Shown: positions 31,165 through 41,826 of the stretch, one piece after another
Layout: the number at the start of each line of letters is the position of its first letter
Position numbering within the stretch: position 1 is the stretch's first letter
From: an uncultured Flavobacteriaceae bacterium
GTDB taxonomy: Bacteria; Bacteroidota; Bacteroidia; Flavobacteriales; Flavobacteriaceae
Direction of reading: 5' to 3'
Assembly (NCBI GenBank): GCA_947489085.1
Contig: CANLCJ010000007.1
Location: forward strand, 36,467-100,466
DNA length: 64,000 bases
Made by a program: the position numbers and the translations under genes
Notes under the pieces: generated by a model
Database searches by the model: none
Told to the model about the DNA's origin: nothing
Seen by the model: the letters and a program-made list of their open reading frames with translations, nothing else

Positions 31165-33324
31165 CTATTTCACGTTTAATGTTATGGTTTGTAAATCTTT
31201 CTCTAAAGAAGAACTTCCTACTGATATTGTAAATGTTCCTGGTTCTACAACCTTAACTAGGTCTTGATTTAATACGTTTAAAGCATTAAAATCGAGTGTA
31301 AACGTTACTGTTTTTGTTTCTCCTGGTTTTAAGGTAATACGCTCAAAACCTTTAAGCATTTTTAAATAGCGCCCTACAGAAGCATGATCGTCTCTAACGT
31401 AAAGTTGTACTACCTCATCTCCTAGCTTTTTACCTGTATTTGTTACCTCTACAGCTACTGTAGTGCTTCCATCTGGCTGTATTGTTTGGGCTTCTAATTT
31501 TAATGCACTGTATTTAAAAGTAGTGTAACTTAAACCGTAACCAAAAGGAAATAAAGGAGATTTATCTGTAAACCTGTATTTTCCTTTTCCAGAGCCTATA
31601 AAATCTGGACGCTCTAAATACGTTGTTGGTATCTGGCCTACAGATCTAGGAAATGATACTGTTAGTTTCCCTCCTGGGTTTGTATCACCAAAAAGGGCAT
31701 CGGCTATAGCATCTCCAGAGCGCATCCCTAAATACCAAGTTTCTAATATTGATGGTACGTTTTCTGCAATATAATTTATGGTAAGTGGACGCCCGTTTAT
31801 AAGTACTGCTATTACTGGTTTTCCTGTTTTATGTATGGCCTCAACTAATTCGTTTTGTACACCGTACAAGTCCAAATCAGATCTGTCTCCACCTTCTCCA
31901 CATGTACGTTTAGACCCTCCTACTACTAAAATAACAGCGTCTGATTTTTTTGCCGCTGCAACTGCTTTCGGTATTCCTGCTTTAGAAGTACCTAATAGGC
32001 TTACGCCTTGCGCGTAATTAATTTTAACTTTATCGCCTACTTTTTGTTTTATACCATCTAATACAGACACATAATATGGTGGTACTCCAGAATACCCTCC
32101 CAAAAGAGTATAAGTTCCTTTTGCGGGCTTGTTTTCGTGAGCATTTGGCCCTATTACTGCTATAGATTTTATTTTATTTTTATCTAAAGGCAATACGTTG
32201 CCTTCGTTCTTTAATAAAATCATGGCTTTTTTAGCCATTTCGTAGGCATGTTCTTGGTGTTCTTTTTTACTTACCTGAACGTCTTCTGCTATAGTTTTCG
32301 GTGCTTTATCGAATAAGCCTAAATTGTGTTTTGCAGTTAAAATTCTTGTTGCTGCTTTATCGATGTACTTAACCAATTCTGGATTTTTCTCTAATGTATC
32401 TTTTAATACTGTACTGTGGTATGCATAGAGGTGCAGTGGTTTTTTTATAACCAAATCCATATCTACTCCTGCTTTTAAACCAAGAATGGCAGCTTCTGCT
32501 CTTGTTTCTGTAATGTAATGCATTGTTTGTAAACGGCCTACATCATTATTGTCTGAAACTAAGAAACCATCGAAACCTAACTCTCCTCTTAAAATATCTT
32601 TTAACAACCAAGTGTTCATGTGGCATGGTACACCATTAAAATCTTGATGTCCTGGCATAATACAACCTACTTTTGCTTCTTTTACAGCGGCCTCAAACGG
32701 TGGTAAAAATATTTCTCTTAGACGTCTTTCAGACATATCACTAAACCCTCCGTTTATACCTCTTCTATTTTCTGGGTAACCTACAAAATGCTTAGCTGTT
32801 GTTAATACATGGTTTTCATCAAAACGTTCTTCCCCTACGCCTTGCATGCCTTCTATAAACGCTACACCCATTTGAGATACTAAGTAAGGATCTTCTCCAT
32901 AAGACTCTTCCACACGACCATATCTTGGGTCGCCAGTAATTACATCTAAATTTGGAGAGTAACAATGTGTTATATCTAGACTACGTGCTTCTATAGCTGT
33001 TTGCGATGCCATTTTTCTTATCAATTCAGGATCCCAAGTTGAACCACAGGCTATGGCTTGTGGGTAAACGGTAACTCCAGCATCTTCCCATAAACCATGT
33101 AACCCTTCGCTATACTTCATTCTAGGAATGCCTAAGCGTTCGTTAGCTGGAGCATCTTGCGTCATCTCTGCTATTTTCTCCTCTAAAGTCATCTCACTTA
33201 TAAGTTGAGATACGCGTTCTGGCACTGCTGCATGTTCATGTTTTCCTGAAGCTTCGTTTTCATGTTTTGAATTACAGCTCAATATGGCAAGTGAAATTGC
33301 CATGACACCTATTAACTTTTTCAT
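31165..33324 (-). CDS. GH3 glycoside hydrolase, lipoprotein
   Basis: DPRYGRVEESYGEDPYL, AKHFVGY, LVSDNND, TWYLGMRSG; lipobox ILSC. Confidence 0.95.
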   Translation of the reverse strand: MKKLIGVMAISLAILSCNSKHENEASGKHEHAAVPERVSQLISEMTLEEKIAEMTQDAPANERLGIPRMKYSEGLHGLWEDAGVTVYPQAIACGSTWDPELIRKMASQTAIEARSLDITHCYSPNLDVITGDPRYGRVEESYGEDPYLVSQMGVAFIEGMQGVGEERFDENHVLTTAKHFVGYPENRRGINGGFSDMSERRLREIFLPPFEAAVKEAKVGCIMPGHQDFNGVPCHMNTWLLKDILRGELGFDGFLVSDNNDVGRLQTMHYITETRAEAAILGLKAGVDMDLVIKKPLHLYAYHSTVLKDTLEKNPELVKYIDKAATRILTAKHNLGLFDKAPKTIAEDVQVSKKEHQEHAYEMAKKAMILLKNEGNVLPLDKNKIKSIAVIGPNAHENKPAKGTYTLLGGYSGVPPYYVSVLDGIKQKVGDKVKINYAQGVSLLGTSKAGIPKAVAAAKKSDAVILVVGGSKRTCGEGGDRSDLDLYGVQNELVEAIHKTGKPVIAVLINGRPLTINYIAENVPSILETWYLGMRSGDAIADALFGDTNPGGKLTVSFPRSVGQIPTTYLERPDFIGSGKGKYRFTDKSPLFPFGYGLSYTTFKYSALKLEAQTIQPDGSTTVAVEVTNTGKKLGDEVVQLYVRDDHASVGRYLKMLKGFERITLKPGETKTVTFTLDFNALNVLNQDLVKVVEPGTFTISVGSSSLEKDLQTITLNVK

Positions 33325-33363
33325 TAAATTTTAGATTATTATAATGGTTTTTATATGTGGTTT

Positions 33364-34755
33364 TTAAAAATTTCTTAAACCTGGCACTATTTTTAAATTT
33401 AGTTTTTCAACACCTTCAGGCCATTTTAAAATGGTTAACTTTTGCTGAAATGCATCCCAAATAAAATTTGATGCACTAAAGTTTTCTGGAGCCTTATAGG
33501 TTTCTAGTCCTACTGTTTTAATAGGGTTGTAATATAGTACTATATCTTCATTTATTAAAATAGAAAATCCGTCTGGATAATGCCTATTGGCGCCTATAAA
33601 TATTGTAGAAGTACCTTTACTGTTATCTGGCACAATATCTACATTTAGTGTACGTGTAGCATGACGAAACAAAAACGTTTTTATATCTCCTGCTATAACT
33701 TGCGGAAAAGGTCTTGCTATAATATCCGTTATGTATTTTCTTTCTACAGTACCAGCATCGGTTTTATCGCTAAAAATAGCCCAAGTTGAAGGGCCTCCTG
33801 CCATAAAATTTTGCATTGTTCTATTGCCTAAAAACCATGCTTTTATAGACCCCACACCCATGGTATCGAACACTTCTGCCGTTTTTATGTAAAGTTCTCT
33901 GTAGCTTAATTGGCCTAATCTGCCTGATATTAGTGTGTCTGTGCTTGCAAACGTGGGGAAACCCCATTCGCCTATAAGTATTGGCGCATTTAAAATTGTA
34001 GATTCTTTATCGAATCTGTCCATTACTGGTTTTACCAGATCGATATCATTTTGATAAATATGAGGTGCAAAAACAATATTCTTTCTTTTAATGGGGCTGG
34101 AAATTTCTGCATATTGATTATTATCTACAGCTTCACCTTTATTCATAAAAATAGATTGCACTAAAATTTTCTTATCTGAATTTATCTTCTGGCTTTCGTC
34201 TATTATTTTTTGATATAACGGAATTAAATAATTATCTGTTAATTCTTTATAACTTATATCCATGGTTAATTTTCTAGGCTCGTTAACTATATCGTACCCT
34301 AAAACCCATTTTTCTTTAGAATACCGCTTCCAAATTACCTGCCATGCTTTTATATATATTTTATGTTCTTTGTGCTTATTTAACCAAAATTCTTCCCACA
34401 CAAATTTATCTACGCCGTAAACAGTCATTTTAAACACTGTTTTTATACCTGCTTTTCTTCCTAATGCCACTAGGCCATCTAATTTGTTTAAGTAATTTTC
34501 ATCTAAGCGTCCTCCTGCGAAATTACTTAGTTTACCTAATTCTAAACGAATAACTTGGGTATTCGCCCCCATTCTTACCATTCGTACATAATCGTCGCTA
34601 TTAAAAAATACTTCACCTTCTCCATCATTTGTATTTATTACAAATCCTCTAGGTATTATGTGTCTTCCTGCTTCGTCTCGTAAACCATGTTTTATTTGGG
34701 CGCACAGACTTAATGTTACGATATTAAATAGTGCAAATAGTAGTCTCATTTTCAT
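33364..34755 (-). CDS. GH5-like (clan GH-A, endoglycoceramidase-like) glycoside hydrolase
   Basis: LRDEAGRHIIPRGF, GYDIVNEP (acid/base), FAPHIY, LIGEWG (nucleophile), ARPFPQVIAG C-terminal domain. Confidence 0.75.
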   Translation of the reverse strand: MKMRLLFALFNIVTLSLCAQIKHGLRDEAGRHIIPRGFVINTNDGEGEVFFNSDDYVRMVRMGANTQVIRLELGKLSNFAGGRLDENYLNKLDGLVALGRKAGIKTVFKMTVYGVDKFVWEEFWLNKHKEHKIYIKAWQVIWKRYSKEKWVLGYDIVNEPRKLTMDISYKELTDNYLIPLYQKIIDESQKINSDKKILVQSIFMNKGEAVDNNQYAEISSPIKRKNIVFAPHIYQNDIDLVKPVMDRFDKESTILNAPILIGEWGFPTFASTDTLISGRLGQLSYRELYIKTAEVFDTMGVGSIKAWFLGNRTMQNFMAGGPSTWAIFSDKTDAGTVERKYITDIIARPFPQVIAGDIKTFLFRHATRTLNVDIVPDNSKGTSTIFIGANRHYPDGFSILINEDIVLYYNPIKTVGLETYKAPENFSASNFIWDAFQQKLTILKWPEGVEKLNLKIVPGLRNF

Positions 34756-34925
34756 AAAAGATATTTTAATTTTCCTGTTTTAGTATTCTAGATTATATAT
34801 TGTATGCTTTATATTTTAATTGTTGTATTTGCAAAAACATAGTATTGACCTATTCAAGCCCATACTTTTACAAATAGTTTTTTTTGAATGTGTTACATAT
34901 AGCCTCTCTTTTGAAACTTTTTTTA

Positions 34926-35732
34926 TTATTCTTTTTTCAATTTGATGTTTTTATATTTTACAACCATTGGAGGCCCTGTATGTACTTGAACGCCTATATA
35001 TCCTTTAGTTCTGCGGTTTATGGTATCCATGTCTGTAACATCGCTCATTAAAACACCATTAATGTAGTGTAACATTCTATTACTCTTTACAACCAGATGC
35101 ATTGTATTCCAACTGGTATCATTTACTTGTTGTTTTAGTTCTGCGATATGTTCTGTTAGTTTAGCCACTTCTCTGGATTTCCACCTGTTTTTCTCAATAT
35201 TTTTTCTAAGGTTGTTTTTAGAAATATGAGCTGGCATTGGAGGTACTGTAACGCGCTCTCCTACATAGGCTAAGGTTGTTCTTTTCTTTTCTTCATAATT
35301 TTGTCCTACATAACGCTTTTTACCATCAATATCAGATTGATAACCGCGTAAGGCAAAAGGGACACCTTCGATTATTTCACTTCTGTAATTTACACCACTA
35401 TTGCCAAGTTGAGATATTTTGTAATCTAATTTAAGTTCGAAATCTTCTGGCTGTTCTTCGGTATAAATAATAAAACTGTTACGTTTAAGGCGTGTGTGTT
35501 CTGTTACTTTGCCTTCTAACACACCGTTTTTTAAAACATGCCAATATGTGGTGTCTCCTACCCAACCTTTTAGGTTAATTCCATTAAATATGGTTGTAAA
35601 ACCATCGTTATCTATTTTTTGGATAACGGGCAGTTCTGTTTCGGTTTTTTTTTGTGTTTTGCAAGCGTTTAAACACAAAAAAAATAGAATGGCACTAGCA
35701 ATTGTTACGTATTTGTTTTTTATGAAATTCAT
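34926..35732 (-). CDS. DUF1080 (3-keto-glycoside hydrolase/lyase family) lipoprotein
   Basis: IFNGINLKGW, DFELKLDYK, GNSGVNYRS, GYQSDID, WNTMHLVVK, HYINGVLM, GYIGVQVH, KYKNIKLK; lipobox LNAC. Confidence 0.9.
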   Translation of the reverse strand: MNFIKNKYVTIASAILFFLCLNACKTQKKTETELPVIQKIDNDGFTTIFNGINLKGWVGDTTYWHVLKNGVLEGKVTEHTRLKRNSFIIYTEEQPEDFELKLDYKISQLGNSGVNYRSEIIEGVPFALRGYQSDIDGKKRYVGQNYEEKKRTTLAYVGERVTVPPMPAHISKNNLRKNIEKNRWKSREVAKLTEHIAELKQQVNDTSWNTMHLVVKSNRMLHYINGVLMSDVTDMDTINRRTKGYIGVQVHTGPPMVVKYKNIKLKKE

Positions 35733-35737
35733 TACAA

Positions 35738-38188
35738 TTAATTGAAGGTTTGCACACCTCTTCTAGACGTTTTTAAAGTGAGATTGTATGTTTTATATGT
35801 TAAATTGGTACCTTCTCCAACATACAGTGTAATCACTTCTGCTTTGTTTGCCTCTTGTTCTATACGTACAATACCGTAATGGCCTGTAAAGCTTATATTG
35901 TGTTCTGGTAGCTTAATAGTTTTTATGTTGTCTAAACATAGTATGTAATCTATTATTTTTTTGTTGTTAACTGCGCTTGTAACTTTAGCGCCTACATAAG
36001 CGTTTTTATGTTTTAAATTAGCAACACTTACTACTGAGCTTTCTTTACCAATTGTGGGTTCTAAAATAGAGATAAATGGTTTATCCCAAGCTTCTCCGTT
36101 TTGCCTTATGGCCAATACTTGGGTACTTTTTTTGTCATAGCCATTTTTTGCTTCTCTAGTGGGAGGTGCAAGGGCTGTTGTATATTCTCTTAGTGTGCCT
36201 CCTGGTGTAAATAAATGCATAAAGCGGTTTTTACTCTTTATTTCAAACTCAACTTTTACAGCTTTATCAAAAGGCTTAGTCACTTTTTCTTTTTCGAAAA
36301 AACGCCATCCAGGAGATTGCACAGGATCTCCTATATCGTTTTGGTAACGTTTTGTTTTACTTCCCTTTAGCGCCTTTCCTTTAGTATCTAAAATAGTAGT
36401 TTTGTCTCCTATATTATGGTATATGTAATCGTGAAATTTATTTTTCTCTAGAGATTTAGAGCGAAATAAATCGAAATAATACCCTGTAGTATTGCTTGTT
36501 CTTAAAATACCTAGTGTACGTTGTTGCTTTGCTTTGTTTATATCATCGTTAAATAATTGCGTTGCAAAATTAAAATTAGGAGCTATTGGGTCCTTTAAAT
36601 GTTTTGGTTCTGCTGCAACATTTCGTACCGTATTTTGCCAAACATAGGCATCGTTTTTCCAGGACCCTTCTTGAATGCCATGAGAAGTGCCATTAACTAT
36701 TACTGTATTATTACCAGCATAAAGCCTGAAGTAATTTTCGTGTAATGGCATACGTCTCTCCGATATTTGTTTAGGTAGTCCTGCATTTGGCACCATAGTA
36801 TAATCTGCACCATACAACTCCATCGTAATTCCAGTGAGGTGAGAGTGCACATAGTGTGCCCCTCCTATAATTCCACATAAGCCATAGGTTCTGTTATTGT
36901 TTTTTACGTAGTTACGTTGCAAAGCTATACCTGTATGTGGTATAATTACTGTTGGCTTTTGGAAATCTATTTTCGTATTTATTGAATTTGGAATATCGTG
37001 TCCCCAGAATAATTTTAATTCTTGATAGTTGTTAAAAACATGATCTGAATCTTTGAAGTTGCGACCACCACGGCTTTTATAACCTTGTCTAAGCGCTATT
37101 AGAGCATTTAACTCTAAATCTTTATATCCTTGTCGTTTTGCTAGATCTAAAGTATAGGCGTACAACTCTTCTGTTTGGTCTATATTTCTTTTAGAATCGC
37201 CGTAGCGCACAAATGTTCTGTCTGGGTGTCTTAAATTATCAAATAAAAAATTACCCTCTAAAATATGTCTGTGGTTTTTAGTAACATTCATTTCTGGCTT
37301 AATACGGTCTACAATATTTAAAACCAAGGTAACGGCTGGCATAAAACTATAACTGAGTGATTCTGGCCAAATACCTTGTTTCCCAAACATAGGTAAAATG
37401 GTGTTTTTAAATGAATTTTGATGCTGTGTACCCTTTTCCCAGAACACATTGAATAATCGTTCTCGTTCTACATCGTCTTCTACACACAAAATACCAAATA
37501 GAGCTCCTGGGGCTGTTAGTATTGGATGATTGGAAATTACTTTACCATGCCGATCTGCCTTTCCGTATTCTTGAAGCATGTCGCCTACCATATTACGTAT
37601 TGCTTTTTGTGCCTTTTCGTTATTGAATGCAACACGTTTTTTAAGTGCCTTACTGTAAACTGTTGCGCCAGGAGATTTTAAATAGTTGTATATAAAATCG
37701 TAAGTTAACGCTAATGGACCATAAGTGGTTCTTGGGTCGTAAAAATGGTTACCCGCTATGGTTGTTTTTCTAATACTGCGTTGGGAGAGCTCTTCAAAAT
37801 AAGGTTCTAATATATCTGCAGCAAACTTTGCATAGTCTTTGTTCTGGGTTAAATAATAAAGCATTGCCGACCTGGATGCTAGAGCTAAGAGGTCGTTATG
37901 TTTTTTAGTTAATGGTGCTGCCGCAAACTCTGTGTTTTGCTTACTGTTTGATGCAAACCTAGGAAAGGATTCTAAAATTGCATCAGGATTGTTAATGTGT
38001 TGGAACATCTTTGCATCTACCTGAATATGTAAATTCAATTCGACTGCTTTTGCCCAACTGTAAGTTGCTATCTTTTGTAAAATTTGACTGCGTTCGCCTT
38101 GGGTAACAAAAATTGCGGGATGCTTTAAAGATTGAGCGTTACCCGCTATTGAGAGACAGAGTGTTAATAATGCAATTATTTTTTTCAT
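35738..38188 (-). CDS. Heparinase II/III-fold polysaccharide lyase, probably PL40 ulvan lyase
   Basis: Helical N-terminal region (GNHFYDPRT, SNHP, GIWPESLSYS) followed by heparinase II/III-like GGAHYVHSH..G..MELYG and HNT-like GNNTVIVNG. The PL40 call rests on recalled architecture and ulvan context. Confidence 0.55.
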   Translation of the reverse strand: MKKIIALLTLCLSIAGNAQSLKHPAIFVTQGERSQILQKIATYSWAKAVELNLHIQVDAKMFQHINNPDAILESFPRFASNSKQNTEFAAAPLTKKHNDLLALASRSAMLYYLTQNKDYAKFAADILEPYFEELSQRSIRKTTIAGNHFYDPRTTYGPLALTYDFIYNYLKSPGATVYSKALKKRVAFNNEKAQKAIRNMVGDMLQEYGKADRHGKVISNHPILTAPGALFGILCVEDDVERERLFNVFWEKGTQHQNSFKNTILPMFGKQGIWPESLSYSFMPAVTLVLNIVDRIKPEMNVTKNHRHILEGNFLFDNLRHPDRTFVRYGDSKRNIDQTEELYAYTLDLAKRQGYKDLELNALIALRQGYKSRGGRNFKDSDHVFNNYQELKLFWGHDIPNSINTKIDFQKPTVIIPHTGIALQRNYVKNNNRTYGLCGIIGGAHYVHSHLTGITMELYGADYTMVPNAGLPKQISERRMPLHENYFRLYAGNNTVIVNGTSHGIQEGSWKNDAYVWQNTVRNVAAEPKHLKDPIAPNFNFATQLFNDDINKAKQQRTLGILRTSNTTGYYFDLFRSKSLEKNKFHDYIYHNIGDKTTILDTKGKALKGSKTKRYQNDIGDPVQSPGWRFFEKEKVTKPFDKAVKVEFEIKSKNRFMHLFTPGGTLREYTTALAPPTREAKNGYDKKSTQVLAIRQNGEAWDKPFISILEPTIGKESSVVSVANLKHKNAYVGAKVTSAVNNKKIIDYILCLDNIKTIKLPEHNISFTGHYGIVRIEQEANKAEVITLYVGEGTNLTYKTYNLTLKTSRRGVQTFN

Positions 38189-38205
38189 GAACGGATTTTA
38201 TTTTT

Positions 38206-39792
38206 TTATTTACTCTTCCACCAGTCTGCATTAGGTATAAAATCTTTAGATAACATCTGCTTTCGTTTCTTTTCTAAAGAGGGTAATTTTTTAGCGACTA
38301 TCTCTGTTTTCATAACTTTAGCTCTCGCACTGTTGTATGTGGTATCTGGTGTGGGTTGTTTTGCTTCTACTTGCTTTAACCAAGAAAACAACTTTAACCG
38401 CATACGCTCTGCTGCTAAAGGTTCTTGTTGTATAATATTTAAATTGTCGCTTTCTGGCGATGGTAAATTGTAAAGTTCTTCTCGCCCATCTTCCCAATAA
38501 TAAATATATTTCCTATTATTTTCTTGTAGTATGGATGCTGGTTCTCCTCCTTGATTGCCGTAATGCGGATAGTGCCAAAACATGGGGCGTTCTTGTTTCA
38601 TGTGTTTTCCCTCTAGCAATGGCTTTAAACTTACGCCGTCTACGTGTTGTGTTCTTTTTAAGGGAATATTTGCCAAATCAAGAAGTGTAGGGTAAAAATC
38701 TGTGCCATTAACGGCATAATTTGTGGTTTTACCTTCGGTTTCTAGCCAGGGTACTTTTATAAGGTATGGCACTCGTAATCCGCCTTCCCACTGGTAGCCT
38801 TTACCTCCTCTTAAGGGTAAATTACTAGTAGCATAATGGTCTCCAGATGCTACACCACCATTGTCTGATGTGAAAACAATTATTGTATTTTCTGCAATTC
38901 CAGCGTCTTCTATTGTTTTTAAAACCAAACCTACCGCATCATCTACAGTTTCTAGAAGCCCTGCATAAATTGGGTTATCTTGAACTTGCCTAATAGGTAG
39001 ATTGCGTTCCATTACATAGCCTTTATCTGCTATCCCTTGAGTTTCTGCTTTGTCTCTAAACTTTTGCCATCTTGCTTCTGTGGTTTGCAATGGTGCATGT
39101 ACTGCGTAGAATGATAGAAACGTAAAAAATGTGGTGTCTCTATGTTTTTTAATGAATTTGGCTGTTTCTTCTGCTAATCGTAGTGTTAGGTTTTCTCCTT
39201 TGGTTTTACTTTTTAACTTCGGATTTTGCCATGGGGAAAAGAATCCTCCTGAAGGCCCTCCGCGATGAAATCCACCTTTATTTATATCGAAGCCGTGGTC
39301 TTCGGGATAAGAGCCTTTATCTCCTAAATGCCATTTTCCTGCGAAAAACGTTTTATAGCCTGCTGTTTTCATAGCTTCTGCTATGGTAATATCTTCGTGT
39401 GGTAAACTTGTAGTATAATCTGCTGGTAAGAGTTTATTGTTTCTATTGCGCTTTCGCCATTCTGTTCCTGTTTTAGCGCCAATCCAATCTGTTATGCCAT
39501 GTCGCGCAGTGTACTTACCTAACATGATACTTGCTCGAGACGGGCTGCAAACACGACTAGCGGCATAACCGTTGGTAAAATTCATCGCCTCTCTAGACAG
39601 CCGATCTATATTTGGGGTGTGGTAAAATGTACTTCCTGTATATCCCAAATCGTGAGCGCCAAGATCGTCTACCAGAATATAAACAATATTAGGCGCCTTT
39701 GTCTCTAAATTATAGACTTGTTGTGCTTTACAACCCCATAATAGATACAGACAAATGGCACCTGTTATTTTAATTAAAATACTATATTTCAC
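38206..39792 (-). CDS. S1 sulfatase (tentatively S1_16), lipoprotein
   Basis: PNIVYILVDDLG, CSPSR, GKWHLG, TSDNGG, LRGGKG..WEGG.RVP, WHYPHY; lipobox LWGC. Confidence 0.9.
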   Translation of the reverse strand: MKYSILIKITGAICLYLLWGCKAQQVYNLETKAPNIVYILVDDLGAHDLGYTGSTFYHTPNIDRLSREAMNFTNGYAASRVCSPSRASIMLGKYTARHGITDWIGAKTGTEWRKRNRNNKLLPADYTTSLPHEDITIAEAMKTAGYKTFFAGKWHLGDKGSYPEDHGFDINKGGFHRGGPSGGFFSPWQNPKLKSKTKGENLTLRLAEETAKFIKKHRDTTFFTFLSFYAVHAPLQTTEARWQKFRDKAETQGIADKGYVMERNLPIRQVQDNPIYAGLLETVDDAVGLVLKTIEDAGIAENTIIVFTSDNGGVASGDHYATSNLPLRGGKGYQWEGGLRVPYLIKVPWLETEGKTTNYAVNGTDFYPTLLDLANIPLKRTQHVDGVSLKPLLEGKHMKQERPMFWHYPHYGNQGGEPASILQENNRKYIYYWEDGREELYNLPSPESDNLNIIQQEPLAAERMRLKLFSWLKQVEAKQPTPDTTYNSARAKVMKTEIVAKKLPSLEKKRKQMLSKDFIPNADWWKSK

Positions 39793-39812
39793 GTCTTAAA
39801 TTCAAACAGAAA

Positions 39813-41603
39813 TTAGTTAGATGCTTTTGGACCGTCGTAATCGTAAGTAAACCAATCTACATCGATGTAACCTGCATCTTCTTTTTCATTCCAAGAAAAG
39901 AATCCTAATCGGTCTCCTGTCCATTTTCCAAATGCTATTGTAAATGTTGGACCAAATTTCTTATAGTTTTCTCCATCTAAGCTATATTCGTAAGTTGCTT
40001 GATCTACATTGTTTGAGGTTTTTACATATAAGGTGTTTCCTGTTAGCTCTGGGCCTTGGGTTTTCTCTGCCATACCATTCATGTAAAACAAGTGTTTTTT
40101 ACCAGCACTGTCTACCTCTACACCTAACAAGTTAAATACGCCACCATATCTTACAAATCCTGCCAACTGGTGTGGTGCCATTCCTGAAATATCAAATTTA
40201 GCTGCTGCTGTTCCTGTAGTTATCCCCATAATACGTTGGCTTATGGTATTGCTTGCTCTCCAGAAGTCAGAATCTGATCCGTCGTTATTTGTCCACTCAT
40301 TAATATTAGGGCCGTAACCTTTTTTATTAGGCAGTACTTTACTTGCTTTTAAACGCAACCAACCTGTACGTTCTGTAAGAGACCAATGTGTATTCCTTGG
40401 ATTGTGATTCCACTCCCATTGTAATCCTAATTTGGCACTAGAAAAATCGTCGTCTGTACTTGGTGCTGCTATAGGGTAACCATCTATTGGTTTTTTAAAT
40501 TGTTTTACTGGTTCTCCTATACCGTCGTTATCTTCGTCTACACCAATAATTGGCCATCCATCTACCCAAGTTACTGGTTCTAGACATTGTGGTCTGCCTT
40601 GAAATGGAATATCGTCGTTTTGGATTAATTGATGCATGTACCACCATGATTTGTCTGGTGCTTGCATAAGCGCGCCTTGACTGGCACTTCTGTTATTAAA
40701 AACAGTGCCTTTTTCTAAAACTGTTTTTACTTCGTATGGCCCATAAATACTTTCTTTAGATCGTAATACGATTTGTTTCCTGTCGTTTTTGGGATTTTTT
40801 ACACCTGGTTTTGTCGAGCGGTCTCCCATAGTCCATTGTGCTAAAAAGATATACCAAGTGTCTTCTATTTTGTAAATCTTTGCGGCTTCTGCTCCCATGC
40901 CTGTATATACAAGTTTGCCTTCGTCTAGAATTTTAGTACCATCCCAGCTCATCTCGTATATTCTATTTTCGTTACCTTCTATAGTATTGTCTGCACTTTT
41001 TTGTTTTCCTGCTGTGTTTACTATAACGTAAGCTTTATGCGTTTCTTCGTCCCAAAACACTGCTGGATCATCTAATACTTTTGCTTTAGGCAGCATAAAT
41101 ATAGGCTTACTCCAAGGCCCTTTAATATCTTTAGCTGTTGTTACCATAAGCCCATGTTGGTAGTCTATTTGGTAACAATACCATGTGCCATCATGATATT
41201 CTAAATCTCCTGCCCATACACCAAAGGAATACCCGTTCATACGGTTCCAATTGTATTCTGGTGCCCAAGACAAATCTGCAAAAACATGACCTACATTAGT
41301 CCAATTTACCATGTCTTTAGAAGCTAAGATAGGCATCCCAGGAGATACATGCTGTTTAGACGTAATCATATAATAAGTGTCGCCCACTTGTTCTATATCA
41401 GAATCTGGATAATCTGCATTTAGTATTGGATTTACATAAGTACCATCGCCTTGGTCTCCCCAGCTACCTGTTTGACCTTTAACTGCTACAGCTGCCGTTT
41501 TAGATTCGACTTTTTCTGTCTTTTCTTTTGAATTGCATGCCAAAAATGTAAAACAAAAACTTCCTATTAAGAGCGGTAATGTTTTAAAATAAAATAGTTT
41601 CAT
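39813..41603 (-). CDS. GH43 glycoside hydrolase (beta-xylosidase-like) with C-terminal lectin-like domain, lipoprotein
   Basis: YVNPILNADYPDSDI, GVWAG, LDDPAVFWD, AEAAKIYK, QGRPQCLEPVTW.DGWP, QWEWNHNP, DVDWF; lipobox FLAC. Confidence 0.9.
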   Translation of the reverse strand: MKLFYFKTLPLLIGSFCFTFLACNSKEKTEKVESKTAAVAVKGQTGSWGDQGDGTYVNPILNADYPDSDIEQVGDTYYMITSKQHVSPGMPILASKDMVNWTNVGHVFADLSWAPEYNWNRMNGYSFGVWAGDLEYHDGTWYCYQIDYQHGLMVTTAKDIKGPWSKPIFMLPKAKVLDDPAVFWDEETHKAYVIVNTAGKQKSADNTIEGNENRIYEMSWDGTKILDEGKLVYTGMGAEAAKIYKIEDTWYIFLAQWTMGDRSTKPGVKNPKNDRKQIVLRSKESIYGPYEVKTVLEKGTVFNNRSASQGALMQAPDKSWWYMHQLIQNDDIPFQGRPQCLEPVTWVDGWPIIGVDEDNDGIGEPVKQFKKPIDGYPIAAPSTDDDFSSAKLGLQWEWNHNPRNTHWSLTERTGWLRLKASKVLPNKKGYGPNINEWTNNDGSDSDFWRASNTISQRIMGITTGTAAAKFDISGMAPHQLAGFVRYGGVFNLLGVEVDSAGKKHLFYMNGMAEKTQGPELTGNTLYVKTSNNVDQATYEYSLDGENYKKFGPTFTIAFGKWTGDRLGFFSWNEKEDAGYIDVDWFTYDYDGPKASN

Positions 41604-41660
41604 GAATTGTTTTTTTGATAAATTATAAAGGCTAAAAATAGTTTTTTTTATCGGGGTTCT

Positions 41661-41677
41661 TATCCTGAACAGTCTTG
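41661..41677 (-). promoter_or_regulatory. Candidate operator (CAAGACT-gtt-CAGGATA)
   Basis: 58 nt upstream of the GH43 start. Confidence 0.5.
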
Positions 41678-41826
41678 TTTATAGATAGCATATTTTAGTT
41701 TTGTATTGTTTTTTTAAATTCTGCTTTACCTTTATACAGCGCATTCCTTTATGCATCAAATAGTATACCGTTTTTCAACAAATACCACTTATTATTATTA
41801 TTTCTTATAAACGTCTGTATTGATGG

